From contig OY762964.1 in the NCBI GenBank assembly GCA_963667035.1, forward strand, positions 2,208,001 through 2,272,000: DNA of 64,000 nt, given 5' to 3'. How positions within the stretch are numbered: position 1 is the first letter of the stretch; every line of letters starts with the position of its first letter. The notes beneath the pieces were generated by a model that worked only from the letters and a program-made list of their open reading frames with translations, did no database searches and had not been told where the DNA came from. The stretch comes from Candidatus Cloacimonadales bacterium (GTDB lineage: Bacteria > Cloacimonadota > Cloacimonadia > Cloacimonadales > JAFGVF01). Shown piece after piece: positions 9,682 through 20,644 of the stretch. The position numbers and the translations under genes were made by a program.

Positions 9682-10686
9682 CTACTCAATATTGAGAATA
9701 TCAACAACCGGAAGTTCCGGTAAATACTCTCTAATAGTAGACGCTAAACCCTCACTATCTACATGATTACCATTAATTGCACTACTATTAACTGCTATAG
9801 CATTCATAAGGAACGGATATATTGTTTTAATATCCATCTCTTCTTGCATTAGTTTTACGTTAACAAGGTCAAGCTGGAGATTAAAAGGATGTTTGATTAT
9901 TATCTCTCCATGAAAATCCAGAAAATAACTACCAAGATTATGCCAATTCTTACCTGTAATTGCTCCCGGAATATAAATTCTATCTGGATAATACTCGTGA
10001 CATAGTTCTAAGAACCGTTTCTCATTCCCTAAAAGTGACATTAGATTAGTTGTAATCCATTCATCTTTATACAGAGAGATAAACTCTGTTTTATCAGAAA
10101 ATTCTTTAGTAACAGGTATACTTTTCAAAATCTGTAGTCTTCTGAGTTCTTTAACAATCATCTCTATACTACCATAGTTAGCTCCGGCAGCAATAATCAT
10201 AGCCTGGATACTATCATTAAGAAGTACTGCCTTTCTATCCAGGGAACCATCAATAATAATTGTTGAAGCTCCAAGAATCCTTAATCTCTCTATAATTTCC
10301 TTCTGATCTGTTACACTTGCAGGACCAACTATCTCTGCCTCTGTATCCATTATTGCTTTAACGATCCAAATATCCTTCCCCCCCGCTTTGTATCTAGTTC
10401 TTTCTAGAACTTCATAGCAGTGAGGATTTCTTTTTATCTCGTCAGCAAAAGTAGTAAAGATAGTATTCTTTGCAATTAATACCTTTGGCTTCTCGGTACC
10501 AAAAACCGTGTCTTTATCCTCTCCATCTCTGCCTGTCGTTGTCAGACCGAATCTATATACGGAGTAATGTTTAAGAATCCAGTTTACTAAAGAAGTCTTC
10601 CCTGCATTCTTAGAAAGACCGGTTATTGCTATAACCATTCTGTCGTTAGGGAAAAGAGCTTTTTTGATTTGATCGTAGATTGTCAT
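9682..10686 (-). CDS. Lysine-fermentation cluster P-loop protein (KamB-like)
   Basis: GLSKNAGKT, GRDGEDKD and IDGSLDRK motifs; directly after kamA. Confidence 0.7.
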   Translation of the reverse strand: MTIYDQIKKALFPNDRMVIAITGLSKNAGKTSLVNWILKHYSVYRFGLTTTGRDGEDKDTVFGTEKPKVLIAKNTIFTTFADEIKRNPHCYEVLERTRYKAGGKDIWIVKAIMDTEAEIVGPASVTDQKEIIERLRILGASTIIIDGSLDRKAVLLNDSIQAMIIAAGANYGSIEMIVKELRRLQILKSIPVTKEFSDKTEFISLYKDEWITTNLMSLLGNEKRFLELCHEYYPDRIYIPGAITGKNWHNLGSYFLDFHGEIIIKHPFNLQLDLVNVKLMQEEMDIKTIYPFLMNAIAVNSSAINGNHVDSEGLASTIREYLPELPVVDILNIE

Positions 10687-10722
10687 GAGAAAATATGCCC
10701 CCATGAAGGGGGCGTTAGGTAA

Positions 10723-11991
10723 TTATTTCTGTTTATTTTTAAAAGCTTGAATCTGCTTCTGTCTGTTATTGCGTTTAGAATCTTCAGGACCAAATGATAG
10801 TTTGTTTCCGTAAAGTAGATTCATAACTCCATCATCTGAACGTCTAACTTCTTCAACTAAACCTGAATAATCTTCTCTATTCTGTTCCTTATACTCAGGT
10901 TCCGTATAAGTTGTAATAAAACCTTCATAGTTTCGTAGAATAACTCTACCCGGCATTTGAGAGAGAATGTAATTAGGTTGAACCGGTATTTTACCACCGC
11001 CACCGGGAGCATCCACAACAAACGTAGGAACACAAAGTCCGGAAGTATGACCTCTTAATGACTCGATTATCTCTATACCCTTTGAAATAGGAGTTCTAAA
11101 ATGTGATATCCCCTCTGAGAGGTCACATTGATAGATATAATAAGGTCTCACACGATTCTTAACAAGCATGTGTACGAGTTTCTTCATAACTTCCACATGA
11201 TCATTTACACCTTTTAGAAGAACAGTTTGATTGCCTAATACAACACCTGCTTCAGCAAGTTTTCTTAATGCTTCTACTGCATCCTGAGTGATTTCATTAG
11301 GATGATTGAAATGTGTGTTAAACCAGATAGGAGGATATTTCTTAAGCATATTGCATAAACTATCTGTAATCCTCTGAGGAAGAACAACAGGAGTTCTAGA
11401 GCCAATTCTAATTATATCAACATGGTCAATTTTATAGAGTTGAGAAATAATCTCTTCTAATCTCTCTTCTCCTAGTGTTAATGGATCTCCACCACTAATA
11501 ATAACATCTCTGACTTCCTTATGTTGTCTGATGTATTCGATGCCCTTTTGAATCTCTTCCATTGGAACTGCCATATCTTTCTCTCCGGCTTTACGACGGC
11601 GAGTACAGTGGCGACAGTACATAGAACACTGATCAGTAACTAAAAGAAGTGTTCTATCAGGATAACGATGTGTGAGACCCTTTGCAGGAGAATCCACATC
11701 TTCATGAAGAGGGTCAGCCATATCATTTCTAGACAAAAAACTTTCCATTATCGCAGGTATTGCCTGCAATCTTACAGGATCTTTAGGGTCATCAGGCTTG
11801 ATAAGTGAAAGGTAATACGGTGTTATTGCCATTCTAAATGAAAAATCTTCATCAGCGAATAAAGCTTCTTCGTCTTCAGTTAGGACAATATACTTTTTCA
11901 ATTCTTCGACTGTTGAAATACGATTTCTCAATTGCCAATGCCAGTCATTCCACTCCTGTTCAGTTGCTATAGATTTTATATCTGTTACCAT
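10723..11991 (-). CDS. kamA: L-lysine 2,3-aminomutase
   Basis: WNDWHWQL, THRYPDR, CSMYCRHCTRRR radical-SAM motif, SGGDPL and DAPGGGGKIP. Confidence 0.97.
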   Translation of the reverse strand: MVTDIKSIATEQEWNDWHWQLRNRISTVEELKKYIVLTEDEEALFADEDFSFRMAITPYYLSLIKPDDPKDPVRLQAIPAIMESFLSRNDMADPLHEDVDSPAKGLTHRYPDRTLLLVTDQCSMYCRHCTRRRKAGEKDMAVPMEEIQKGIEYIRQHKEVRDVIISGGDPLTLGEERLEEIISQLYKIDHVDIIRIGSRTPVVLPQRITDSLCNMLKKYPPIWFNTHFNHPNEITQDAVEALRKLAEAGVVLGNQTVLLKGVNDHVEVMKKLVHMLVKNRVRPYYIYQCDLSEGISHFRTPISKGIEIIESLRGHTSGLCVPTFVVDAPGGGGKIPVQPNYILSQMPGRVILRNYEGFITTYTEPEYKEQNREDYSGLVEEVRRSDDGVMNLLYGNKLSFGPEDSKRNNRQKQIQAFKNKQK

Positions 11992-12012
11992 TTTAACCTC
12001 TTATATAAGATA

Positions 12013-12040
12013 GAAAAAGCTCAGTTCCCTGAGCTTTTTC
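12013..12040. terminator. Hairpin between kdd and kamA
   Basis: GAAAAAGCTCAG-TTCC-CTGAGCTTTTTC perfect inverted repeat. Confidence 0.6.
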
Positions 12041-12057
12041 AATTATGTTTATTATTG

Positions 12058-13119
12058 CTAGTCAGTATATCTTTCTTTAAAGAGCTTCATTAATGTTTCG
12101 TTTCTTCTAAGAAGATCAATAGATATCATTGCATGATTATGAGCATAACCGTTACCAAGAATCATATCTACGTCTGCACCGATACCTTCAGCACCAAGAG
12201 CAGCTTTAGTAAAGCTTGTTGCCATTGAGAAGAAATAAACAACACCTCTGTCTTTACAAGCCATGATAGAGCCCATCTCTGTGTTATCAACATTAACTAC
12301 GTTAACAACGAGGTCAGCCATCTTACCATTTGTAGCTTTGTGAACAATTTCCTCTACTTGTACAGCGTTTGTGGCATCTGCAATCTCAACAATATCACAA
12401 CCTGTATTGTAACAATCATCAACATGGTTTGCTGAGTGAACAAGTCCGATTACCTTTCCTGATACTCCAACTCTTTCTTTTGCAATTGCATTACAAAGAA
12501 CACCTGATTTTCCACCTGAACCGAGAATAACAACTGTATCACCCGGTTTTGCAAGTCTTTCAACTTGAGCAGGAGCTCCGGCAACATCAAGGATAGATAA
12601 TGCAAGATTTTCATCCATATCTTCAGGTAACTTTGCGTATATACCTGAACTAAACAGGATTGCTTGTCCCTCAATATCAACCTGATCTTTATTTAAATGA
12701 ACTTTCTTAACTGTCTTCACTTTAAGAGGTGTAAGGGATAAAGAAACAAGTGTAGCTATTGTATCACCGACTTTAACTTCTTCTTTCATCTCAAAGTTTG
12801 GTCCTATAGCTGCAACTTTACCGATAAGCATTCCGCCTGAACCGGTATCTTCGTTTTTATGTTTTCCTGTTCTTTCAGTGAGATCAATAACATGATTAGC
12901 AAAAGCTTGTTCAAGATCATTCTCATGTCCTTGAGCAATGAGTTTTTCTTTAATCTGATGGAAAGACGCAGAGTCTACATTAAGACGAATTACATCAATC
13001 AACATCTCGTTGTCCCAAATTTCACTCATGTCATTGTTAACTACTCTAGCAGGCTGTGGTAAAACACCTTGTGGCTCAACAACTCTATGTGTGCCGTAAC
13101 GATTTCCACATGTTCTCAT
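12058..13119 (-). CDS. kdd: L-erythro-3,5-diaminohexanoate dehydrogenase
   Basis: YGTHRVVEPQGVLPQPA, LNVDSASF, TGSGGMLIG, LDVAGAPAQ and FFSMATSFTKAALGAEG motifs. Confidence 0.93.
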   Translation of the reverse strand: MRTCGNRYGTHRVVEPQGVLPQPARVVNNDMSEIWDNEMLIDVIRLNVDSASFHQIKEKLIAQGHENDLEQAFANHVIDLTERTGKHKNEDTGSGGMLIGKVAAIGPNFEMKEEVKVGDTIATLVSLSLTPLKVKTVKKVHLNKDQVDIEGQAILFSSGIYAKLPEDMDENLALSILDVAGAPAQVERLAKPGDTVVILGSGGKSGVLCNAIAKERVGVSGKVIGLVHSANHVDDCYNTGCDIVEIADATNAVQVEEIVHKATNGKMADLVVNVVNVDNTEMGSIMACKDRGVVYFFSMATSFTKAALGAEGIGADVDMILGNGYAHNHAMISIDLLRRNETLMKLFKERYTD

Positions 13120-13427
13120 CAAAAACCTCCGTATATAGTTTTATTTTGCGTATTTTACAAACAATTTTCAGCAACTTCAAACTCTGTCAATAGAAATCCC
13201 TACCAAGTTGTTTAAAGCTATATATCAATACTGATTCCAACTATGTTAAGAAATCAATATTTCATCAGATAAAGGTAGATTATCAAGTTTTCTGTACATA
13301 ATATATATATGGTCCACTTCTTTTTCTTTTTTCGACAACATATATCATAATGACAGTGAAAACACTAAAATTCATAATCTTATTGACAGGCTAACAGGTC
13401 GAATTTTCCCTACAATCAGAGGAAAAT

Positions 13428-15227
13428 ATGAAACAGGAAAACATCAGAAACTTTTGCATTATTGCCCATATTGATCATGGGAAATCTACTCTGGCAGATA
13501 GACTGCTAGAGGTCACAAATGTTATTGATAAACATAAGATGGTTGCCCAGATTCTTGATGATATGGAGCTTGAGCGTGAGAAAGGAATTACTATCAAATC
13601 CCATGCCATTAGACTGCCATATAACTACAAGGGTGAAGATTATGTGTTGAATCTAATTGATACACCAGGACACGTGGATTTTTCCTATGAAGTTTCACGT
13701 AGTCTTGCTTCATGTGAAGGTGCATTGCTACTTGTAGATGCTGCTCAAGGTATTGAAGCACAAACAATGAGTAATATGTATCTGGCAATGGAGAATGACC
13801 TGGAAATTATTCCGGTCGCCAATAAGATAGATTTACCTAAAGCAGATATAGAAGGTACTATTCATGACATCGTCGAAGTACTAGGTACTAATCCCGATGT
13901 TATTCAAAAAGTCAGTGGTAAGACCGGAGAGAATGTCGAGTTGCTTTTAGAAGCTATTGTTGAACATATCCTTGCACCCCAAGGTAAAGTTGATTCTCCT
14001 CCCAAAGCTCTGATATTTGATTCATATTTTGATAAATACAGAGGAGTTATAGTTCTTGTTAGAATTGTAGACGGTCAGCTTAAGAAAGGCGATGACATTA
14101 AACTTATGTCAAATGGAATAGAATATACAATCGAAGAGATTGGATATCTCGGTATCAAACAGGAGCCTACCAAAGGACTTACAACTGGTGAAGTAGGCTA
14201 CATCATAGCTAACATTAAAGAGATTGCCGATGCTCGTGTAGGAGATACAATAACCCTAGCAAAAGGCGGATGTACAGAGATTCTACCTGGATTCCAAGAG
14301 CCTAAGCCTATGGTTTATAGCGGTATCTTCCCTATTAACGGTGAAGATTACGAGGATCTGGTTGAAGCTATGGCTAAGCTTAAACTGAATGACGCTTCTC
14401 TTGTTTATGAAAAAGAAAGCTCCCTTGCTCTAGGTTATGGTTTTAGATGCGGATTCCTAGGAATGCTTCATCTTGAAATTATTAAAGAGCGTTTTCTAAG
14501 AGAGTATGATTTACCTATTATTGCCACTACTCCTAGCGTAAAGTTTATAATAAAAATGACAAACGGTGACGAAAAGATAGTGTATAACCCTGTAGATTTC
14601 CCTGATCCCGTGAATATTGATTATATAGAAGAGCCTATTATGGACACTGAAATTATTGTGCCGTCTGATTATATTGGCAATATCATGAAACTTGCCCAAG
14701 ATAGACGTGGTGTTCAAAAGGACATGCAATATATTGATGAGAAGCGTGTTGCAATTCATTATGAACTTCCACTTATTGAGATTATCTTCGACTTCTATGA
14801 CAAGTTGAAAACTGTCAGTCGTGGCTATGCTTCTTTGGACTATAGTTTCAAACGCTATCAGCGCTCAAGAGTGGTAAAAGTCGACATCCTAGTGAATAAC
14901 GAGAAGGTCGATGCCCTCTCATTCATCTGTCATGAAGACAAAGCTTACAGTTGGGGCAAAGCAATCACTACCACTCTATCTGAAGAAATTCCTAAGCATC
15001 TTTTTAAAGTTGCAATTCAAGCAGCCATAGGTGGTAAAATAGTTGCTCGTAGTACAGTTAATGCTATGCGTAAGGATGTGCTTGCCAAGTGTTATGGTGG
15101 AGACATTACTCGTAAGAGAAAGCTTCTTGAGAAGCAGAAGAAAGGTAAAAAACGTATGAAAGAGGTAGGCTCTGTATCAATCCCGCAAGAAGCCTTCCTT
15201 TCAGTACTGAAAGCTAATAGAGAGTAG
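13428..15227 (+). CDS. lepA: Elongation factor 4
   Basis: IRNFCIIAHIDHGKSTLADR, DTPGHVDF and KCYGGDITRKRKLLEKQK motifs. Confidence 0.98.
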   Translation: MKQENIRNFCIIAHIDHGKSTLADRLLEVTNVIDKHKMVAQILDDMELEREKGITIKSHAIRLPYNYKGEDYVLNLIDTPGHVDFSYEVSRSLASCEGALLLVDAAQGIEAQTMSNMYLAMENDLEIIPVANKIDLPKADIEGTIHDIVEVLGTNPDVIQKVSGKTGENVELLLEAIVEHILAPQGKVDSPPKALIFDSYFDKYRGVIVLVRIVDGQLKKGDDIKLMSNGIEYTIEEIGYLGIKQEPTKGLTTGEVGYIIANIKEIADARVGDTITLAKGGCTEILPGFQEPKPMVYSGIFPINGEDYEDLVEAMAKLKLNDASLVYEKESSLALGYGFRCGFLGMLHLEIIKERFLREYDLPIIATTPSVKFIIKMTNGDEKIVYNPVDFPDPVNIDYIEEPIMDTEIIVPSDYIGNIMKLAQDRRGVQKDMQYIDEKRVAIHYELPLIEIIFDFYDKLKTVSRGYASLDYSFKRYQRSRVVKVDILVNNEKVDALSFICHEDKAYSWGKAITTTLSEEIPKHLFKVAIQAAIGGKIVARSTVNAMRKDVLAKCYGGDITRKRKLLEKQKKGKKRMKEVGSVSIPQEAFLSVLKANRE

Positions 15228-15255
15228 TTTTATTGGGTATCACTTTGGTGGTACC

Positions 15256-16431
15256 CTATATTTGTTGGGTACCTTTTACAAATTCTACGAAAGAAGAAAG
15301 TGACATGAGTTTGTCTCTATGTGCAGTAGGAAAACTAGATATGTGGCTTTGAGGAACAACTAACTTTACATTAGCAGCTTGCATTTCAGTTAACTGATTA
15401 CTTGAAATTCCTTGCTGTAGGGTAAAAAGATGTTTGTTGGGGATTCGATCCGCTTCACTTATAATCTGACGCCATCTATCCTTACATGTTGTCTTCGCAC
15501 CTAAGAAGACAAGCTTGTCACTTCCAACAGCTTCTTGGAAATATGTGATAATATCAGGAAAGATGAAATCTGGCTTTTTATTGTCTTCAGTTCTACAATG
15601 CATTTCGTAGTTTAGACTATGCACATCAAATATTGATGCTAAATGATGCTCTAAGGATTTTCCTGCTCTTGATTTGCGTCGGTTTAGGATAGTGTTTGCT
15701 GTTCTTATCAGCCCATCAACACTTTGGAAGGGTTGTAATAAGAAATCATTGTATCTATCTTGTTCGAATGCTTTGAACACCTCATACTCTAGGTTCGTAA
15801 GTTCAAGTATTGCTTTATCAGGATTATTCCTAATTAGTCCATCATTCATTAATAATAATCTTTCTGCTATTCTTTTGGTTTCAATGGCAATATCTCTAGT
15901 AGATGGGAAATCTTCATCAATTGAACTGATGTAGTTGTTTATTTCGTTTTGGAGATTATCTTCAAAACTGGGTTTATCTATGGAAGGTATTAATCCATTC
16001 ACATTTGTTGGGGATATTCCAAACTCATAAATAAACTGCTCTATATCCTCATCTCTAGAAAGTACATAACCTAAATAAAAATCATCAGCAACTTTTATTA
16101 GTACTAATAAGTTACCAACATTTGATGAGGAAATATACGGGAAGCCTTTACCAAACCTTGTTAATCTATACTCATTTCTTGTACCTTTACCATAATAAAT
16201 AAACCGTCCACTAGTCTTAAAGTCATCTTGCCATTTTATCGTAACAAACTTATCTTTATTTTCTCCTTTAACGCCTTCTTCACTAAACATAAGAGACCAA
16301 GAACCTTTATGAATGTGAAAACCTGATTGATGCCCTCCCGTATCTCCAGTATCATTAGCAGTTATGTATTTACAATATGAAACCGGATATTCAGCACAAT
16401 CTCTTATAGCTTGTTGTAGAATATTATGCAT
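15256..16431 (-). CDS. EcoRII-family type II restriction endonuclease
   Basis: N-terminal [17 protein letters not shown] (EcoRII-N-like); C-terminal [18 protein letters not shown] and [11 protein letters not shown]. Confidence 0.9.
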   Translation of the reverse strand: MHNILQQAIRDCAEYPVSYCKYITANDTGDTGGHQSGFHIHKGSWSLMFSEEGVKGENKDKFVTIKWQDDFKTSGRFIYYGKGTRNEYRLTRFGKGFPYISSSNVGNLLVLIKVADDFYLGYVLSRDEDIEQFIYEFGISPTNVNGLIPSIDKPSFEDNLQNEINNYISSIDEDFPSTRDIAIETKRIAERLLLMNDGLIRNNPDKAILELTNLEYEVFKAFEQDRYNDFLLQPFQSVDGLIRTANTILNRRKSRAGKSLEHHLASIFDVHSLNYEMHCRTEDNKKPDFIFPDIITYFQEAVGSDKLVFLGAKTTCKDRWRQIISEADRIPNKHLFTLQQGISSNQLTEMQAANVKLVVPQSHISSFPTAHRDKLMSLSSFVEFVKGTQQI

Positions 16432-17620
16432 TTGCTTCCTCCAAAGTTTTTAGGAGCTCTTTTGCAACCGCATTCATTAAAGGTACGACTACAGAATTTC
16501 CAAACTGCCTATAGGCTTGATTATCTGATACATCAATTCTAAATTCTTTTGGGAAACCTTGTAATCTTGCACATTCTCTTGGAGTTAATCGCCGAGGATT
16601 TTTATTCTCTTGAGGAATTAATATTTCTGCTCCATCTTTATAATATCTTGCACTCATAGTCCTACTAACACCTTCTAAATCTGCTAACCCATACCCAAAT
16701 CCATTACCTTTAGCCTTATGCTTCTTTGCATACATTTGAAGATAGTTCCAAAGTTTATCTGTTAATGTATACTTCTCTGCTACATTTGGTTCAAGAATAG
16801 TTTTTAACATATGCTTTGATTCAGGATTATCTGGGAACTTGAAGCTTTGATTATTAGGGAATAAATCATTTCTAAATCCAACTATTATAATTCTTTCTCT
16901 ATGTTGAGGAACATAGTATTTCCCATCAAGTATTTTATCAAAAACAGAATAGCCAAGTTCACCAAGAGTTCTAATGATTATTCTATAAGTCTTTCCTTTA
17001 TCATGGGACTTAAGATTCTTAACATTTTCTAACATAAATGCTTTAGGTTTTTTTGCTTTTAATATTCTTGCAATATCGAAGAAAAGTGTGCCTTGAGTCT
17101 CATCTAAGAACCCATGCTCTCTTCCGAGGCTGTTCTTCTTTGATACTCCGGCAATTGAGAATGGTTGACAAGGAAATCCTGCAAGTAGCAGATCATGATC
17201 TGGGATTTCATACTCATTGATTTCTTTTATGTCTCCAAATGGAACTTCACCAAAGTTTCGCTCATAGGTCTGCTTAGCAAATTTATCGTATTCTGAAGAA
17301 AAAACACATTTACCACCTTCAAGTTGATAAGCTAATCTAATTCCTCCTATTCCTGCGAAAAGATCAATGAATTTGAACTTTGGATTTTCGGGACTAGGGA
17401 ATGGTATATCCCACCTACACTTTATATTCTCATACCTTTCAATACTATCTCCATATTTTGCAAAGCATTCTAATGCAGAATCTCTGTAGTTTTTTGCATA
17501 ATCATCATCGATTGCCTGAAGATAGTGTGTCATATAAGCAAAGTCATTATTATGCTTTTTTAGTGGATTTATTCTTAATTTATCTCTTAACTCTGTATAG
17601 TTTAAATCGTAATGTTTCAA
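16424..17620 (-). CDS. dcm: DNA (cytosine-5)-methyltransferase, Dcm/M.EcoRII-like
   Basis: [40 protein letters not shown] and QFGNSV motifs. Confidence 0.93.
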   Translation of the reverse strand: MKHYDLNYTELRDKLRINPLKKHNNDFAYMTHYLQAIDDDYAKNYRDSALECFAKYGDSIERYENIKCRWDIPFPSPENPKFKFIDLFAGIGGIRLAYQLEGGKCVFSSEYDKFAKQTYERNFGEVPFGDIKEINEYEIPDHDLLLAGFPCQPFSIAGVSKKNSLGREHGFLDETQGTLFFDIARILKAKKPKAFMLENVKNLKSHDKGKTYRIIIRTLGELGYSVFDKILDGKYYVPQHRERIIIVGFRNDLFPNNQSFKFPDNPESKHMLKTILEPNVAEKYTLTDKLWNYLQMYAKKHKAKGNGFGYGLADLEGVSRTMSARYYKDGAEILIPQENKNPRRLTPRECARLQGFPKEFRIDVSDNQAYRQFGNSVVVPLMNAVAKELLKTLEEANA

Positions 17621-17708
17621 ATTAATCTCTCATTTTTTCTTACAAAATAACTATATACAGTTATAAGTCAATGAAAACAAGCAGTCAAAAATAATGAAAA
17701 ACAGCGAA

Positions 17709-17736
17709 GCCCCCTGCGAGAGGATTGCAGGGGGCA
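17709..17736 (-). terminator. Hairpin after the ECF operon
   Basis: GCCCCCTGC...GCAGGGGGC inverted repeat. Confidence 0.55.
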
Positions 17737-17740
17737 TTTA

Positions 17741-18970
17741 TTATTGGATATATGAAGAAGATTTATAGTTCAAGTAACCCATATTGGAGATTACATCGGT
17801 ATCATCCTTAAGTTCCTTCTCTTTTGAGTTATCTTCCACAGTGCCTTTATTGATTTTAAGCTTCATCTGAATAAGACCAAAGAGCTCTTTACCAACGATA
17901 ATCTCACCGTAGTTATCAATCACAGAGATCTTTTCGTGAAGAGTCTCGGCAGAGATAGCATCATCAATAATCATCTGACCTTTATTGAGGATATGATATG
18001 ATTCTTCGGAGAACTTTAACTCTGTCTCGGTAATGGTTCTCTCACCACTATTAATGAGAAGTTTACCGTCATAGGTTATCACCTTTATACTGTTATCGAC
18101 CAAAAGTATCAGAGTATCCAGTAAGTGCTTGGGAGAATAAATGACTTTAGCTCCTAAAATATCTGAAATTCCCTTTCTCAATGCTTCTACATCAACATCG
18201 TGTTCAAAGATAATGGTACCGGTAGAGTAAATCTTATCCCCGTTACGACGCATTAAGTCCACAGTATCAAAGATAGTGTTACCGGAGATTAACTCACAAT
18301 TGTCGGGAATAACTCTAACACTACCCATAACGTTACCGGCACTCTTCTTTTCAAATATCTCTTGATACTTCTCTCTAAAGATAGCAAGTCCCATCACTTT
18401 GATAGACTTAATCTTCCTATCGAATAGCTCGATATTAAAGTTTTTAATCATTTTAATAGTACCCATCACATCGACACTTGTTTCCTCTTCCAGTGAATTC
18501 AACCACTCCTGAGTTACTTCTTTAGTACCTTTCACGGTTTCTTTCTCGGGATTAAACTCTTGGAACATGCCGACATTCTTAACAACCTTAGATTTAACAA
18601 CACCCATTAAGTCTTTCGGGGATTCAACGATACCGACATTATAAAGACCTGCAATTTTATCTTCAACAAGCTCTTTAGTTACATCATCATGTATTCTAAC
18701 AATCCCGACAATGAGTGCTTTCAGAGGATTTGTTAGGCTCTCAAGATAGTTTCTATCTATTTCGATATCGCCCATCTCAATCTTATAGTCCTCACCAATC
18801 TCTTCAATCATACCGACATTGCTCATTGAGATTGTGCCTATAAGTCCTCTCTGTTTTTCCGAATATAGAACAACCCCGGCATTTGATATTCTTTTAATGT
18901 TCTCAATGGTTTGTTTATCAGCAAATCTTAGGTCTACAGCCCCAATATTCTTTAAGCTCTTAGGATTCAT
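17741..18970 (-). CDS. Soluble repeat-containing hypothetical protein (candidate anti-sigma partner)
   Basis: Co-oriented 11 bp after the ECF sigma gene; recurrent N-x-G motifs; no TM segment. Confidence 0.7.
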   Translation of the reverse strand: MNPKSLKNIGAVDLRFADKQTIENIKRISNAGVVLYSEKQRGLIGTISMSNVGMIEEIGEDYKIEMGDIEIDRNYLESLTNPLKALIVGIVRIHDDVTKELVEDKIAGLYNVGIVESPKDLMGVVKSKVVKNVGMFQEFNPEKETVKGTKEVTQEWLNSLEEETSVDVMGTIKMIKNFNIELFDRKIKSIKVMGLAIFREKYQEIFEKKSAGNVMGSVRVIPDNCELISGNTIFDTVDLMRRNGDKIYSTGTIIFEHDVDVEALRKGISDILGAKVIYSPKHLLDTLILLVDNSIKVITYDGKLLINSGERTITETELKFSEESYHILNKGQMIIDDAISAETLHEKISVIDNYGEIIVGKELFGLIQMKLKINKGTVEDNSKEKELKDDTDVISNMGYLNYKSSSYIQ

Positions 18971-18981
18971 GATTTACTCCT

Positions 18982-19449
18982 TTATCTTTCAATATTAGCC
19001 AAAATTCTGAGCTTCTTAATCGCTTCGCTCAGTTTCCATCGGACAGTTGACTTTGGCATATCAAACTCCCTGGCAATCTCGCTCGAATTTCTTCCGAGCC
19101 AGTATTTTTGTCTTATTAGTAGTTGTTCTTCATCGTTGAGGTGAGAGATCATGGTTTCAATTAGCCATTTCTTTTCGAATTGAGGATCAACTACAGGTTC
19201 ATACACTTCTACAAACGCTACAAGTTCACGTTCCCTTTTCTTATCGATAAGTAAGTTTTTAATCACTTGAAAAAGCCAGCTTCTGATTTGGGAAGGTTTC
19301 AATCTGACCAAAAGGAGTTGGTTGTTGATAATTTTGAGATAAGTATCCTGAACCATATCGTCTGCCAGGTCTCTATCTTTTGCAATAGAGCGAGCAAAGC
19401 TTTTTATCTGCTCATCATATCTCTCAATTATCATTTCCACTGTCTGCAT
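18982..19449 (-). CDS. ECF-type RNA polymerase sigma factor
   Basis: Region 2 ADDMVQDTYLK...SWLFQVIKNLLID; region 4 EIAREFDMPKSTVRWKL. Confidence 0.9.
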   Translation of the reverse strand: MQTVEMIIERYDEQIKSFARSIAKDRDLADDMVQDTYLKIINNQLLLVRLKPSQIRSWLFQVIKNLLIDKKRERELVAFVEVYEPVVDPQFEKKWLIETMISHLNDEEQLLIRQKYWLGRNSSEIAREFDMPKSTVRWKLSEAIKKLRILANIER

Positions 19450-19471
19450 TGTAACTCCTTTCATAAACTAA

Positions 19472-19497
19472 GACGGAATAGCGAGTAAAAGCGTTGG
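19472..19497 (-). promoter_or_regulatory. Putative autoregulatory ECF promoter
   Basis: CCAAC-N17-CGTC directly upstream of the sigma gene. Confidence 0.5.
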
Positions 19498-20002
19498 TAG
19501 TTTTTTTATTAATTTCTATTGATTTTTTCTTGGCAATGTATAAATCCTTAGTCATAGAGAGTACAATAAAAATGAATATGTAAGAACTCCAGTAGAGCTA
19601 GGCATGATAGTCTAAAAGTTAGACTCTTTAATTAATACTATATGTAAAGAGAGAGGCAGAGCTTTAATTCTGCTTCTAACTTTGTTTAAAAAAGTATATT
19701 CATTTTAATTTCAATTATTGCTCCACCTAACTACTTTTTTCGTACGAGTTTCTTTCTCATTTTTCTCTCATACCCTCAGGTTTAGCTCTTTAACAAAGGA
19801 TTTTGTGCCTCTAGAAAAGTGCTTTTATATATAGTATTTTCTTAATATCTAATACGGGATGTAATGCTTTAATAATAGGACTAACTTCCATTCTCAATCA
19901 TAATTGATTCATATTCGTAATTTGTCATAATTATCAATCTGCTTTGTTCTTTTTTCACTCCTTTAGTAATCCGTCCAACTACGGATTTATTTCAAGATTT
20001 TC

Positions 20003-20112
20003 TCTCATTTCTATCTCATTTCTCTCCCGTTGCTCGCAACGGGAGACCAACGGGAGACCAACGGGAGACCAACGGGAGAGCAACGGGAGAGCAACGGGAG
20101 ACTAACCCGAGA
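20003..20112. repeat. Palindromic 11-bp-period array A
   Basis: Seven (G/C)CAACGGGAGA-type units at 20036-20112 preceded by inverted TCTCCCGTTGC and two TCTCATTTC units. Confidence 0.9.
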
Positions 20113-20176
20113 GAATACAACGTCCTAAATAAAGTAGACACATATATAACTGAGAGAAATTAAAGGTTTACAGAAA

Positions 20177-20644
20177 ATGAAACAGAAAACAGCATTATGT
20201 TATAGTGAAGTATTTAAACGTAAAGTAGTTAAAGAGATTGAGGATGGAGTTCTAACTATCTCCCAAGCAAGAACTATTTACAACATAGGTGGCTCCTCTA
20301 CTTTGAAACGTTGGATTAATGAATACGGAATAAATGATCGGATAGGAAGGACGGTACATGTTATGTCAAAAACAGAAGAGACAGAAAATATATTACTTAA
20401 AAGAGAAGTAAAAATGTTAAAGCAAGCCTTAGATGATGCCCAAGTAAAGGCAGTAGTTTATGAAGCTTTGATAGATATAGCCAAGGACAAATATGGTATT
20501 GACTTAAAAAAAAAGAGTGCATTAGAGCAGTCGATACTTCAAAGAATCAGAGAACAAGAGAGCGAACTCGAATCGGAGTCCAAGCGTCCTGCAAAGCACT
20601 CGGATGTAGCCGAAAAAGCTATTACAAAGAGAAGAAAGTCTTAG
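20177..20644 (+). CDS. IS3 transposase OrfA (HTH)
   Basis: YSEVFKRKVVKEI...YNIGGSSTLKRW...DLKKK. Confidence 0.85.
   Translation: MKQKTALCYSEVFKRKVVKEIEDGVLTISQARTIYNIGGSSTLKRWINEYGINDRIGRTVHVMSKTEETENILLKREVKMLKQALDDAQVKAVVYEALIDIAKDKYGIDLKKKSALEQSILQRIREQESELESESKRPAKHSDVAEKAITKRRKS

Noticed and set aside
19813..19895. Short minus-strand frame IKALHPVLDIKKI resembling LHPEIDLKTIT of the MKVK family
   Set aside because: Too short to distinguish from chance.
20036..20112. CRISPR array
   Set aside because: Units are 11 bp with no unique spacers and there are no cas genes.
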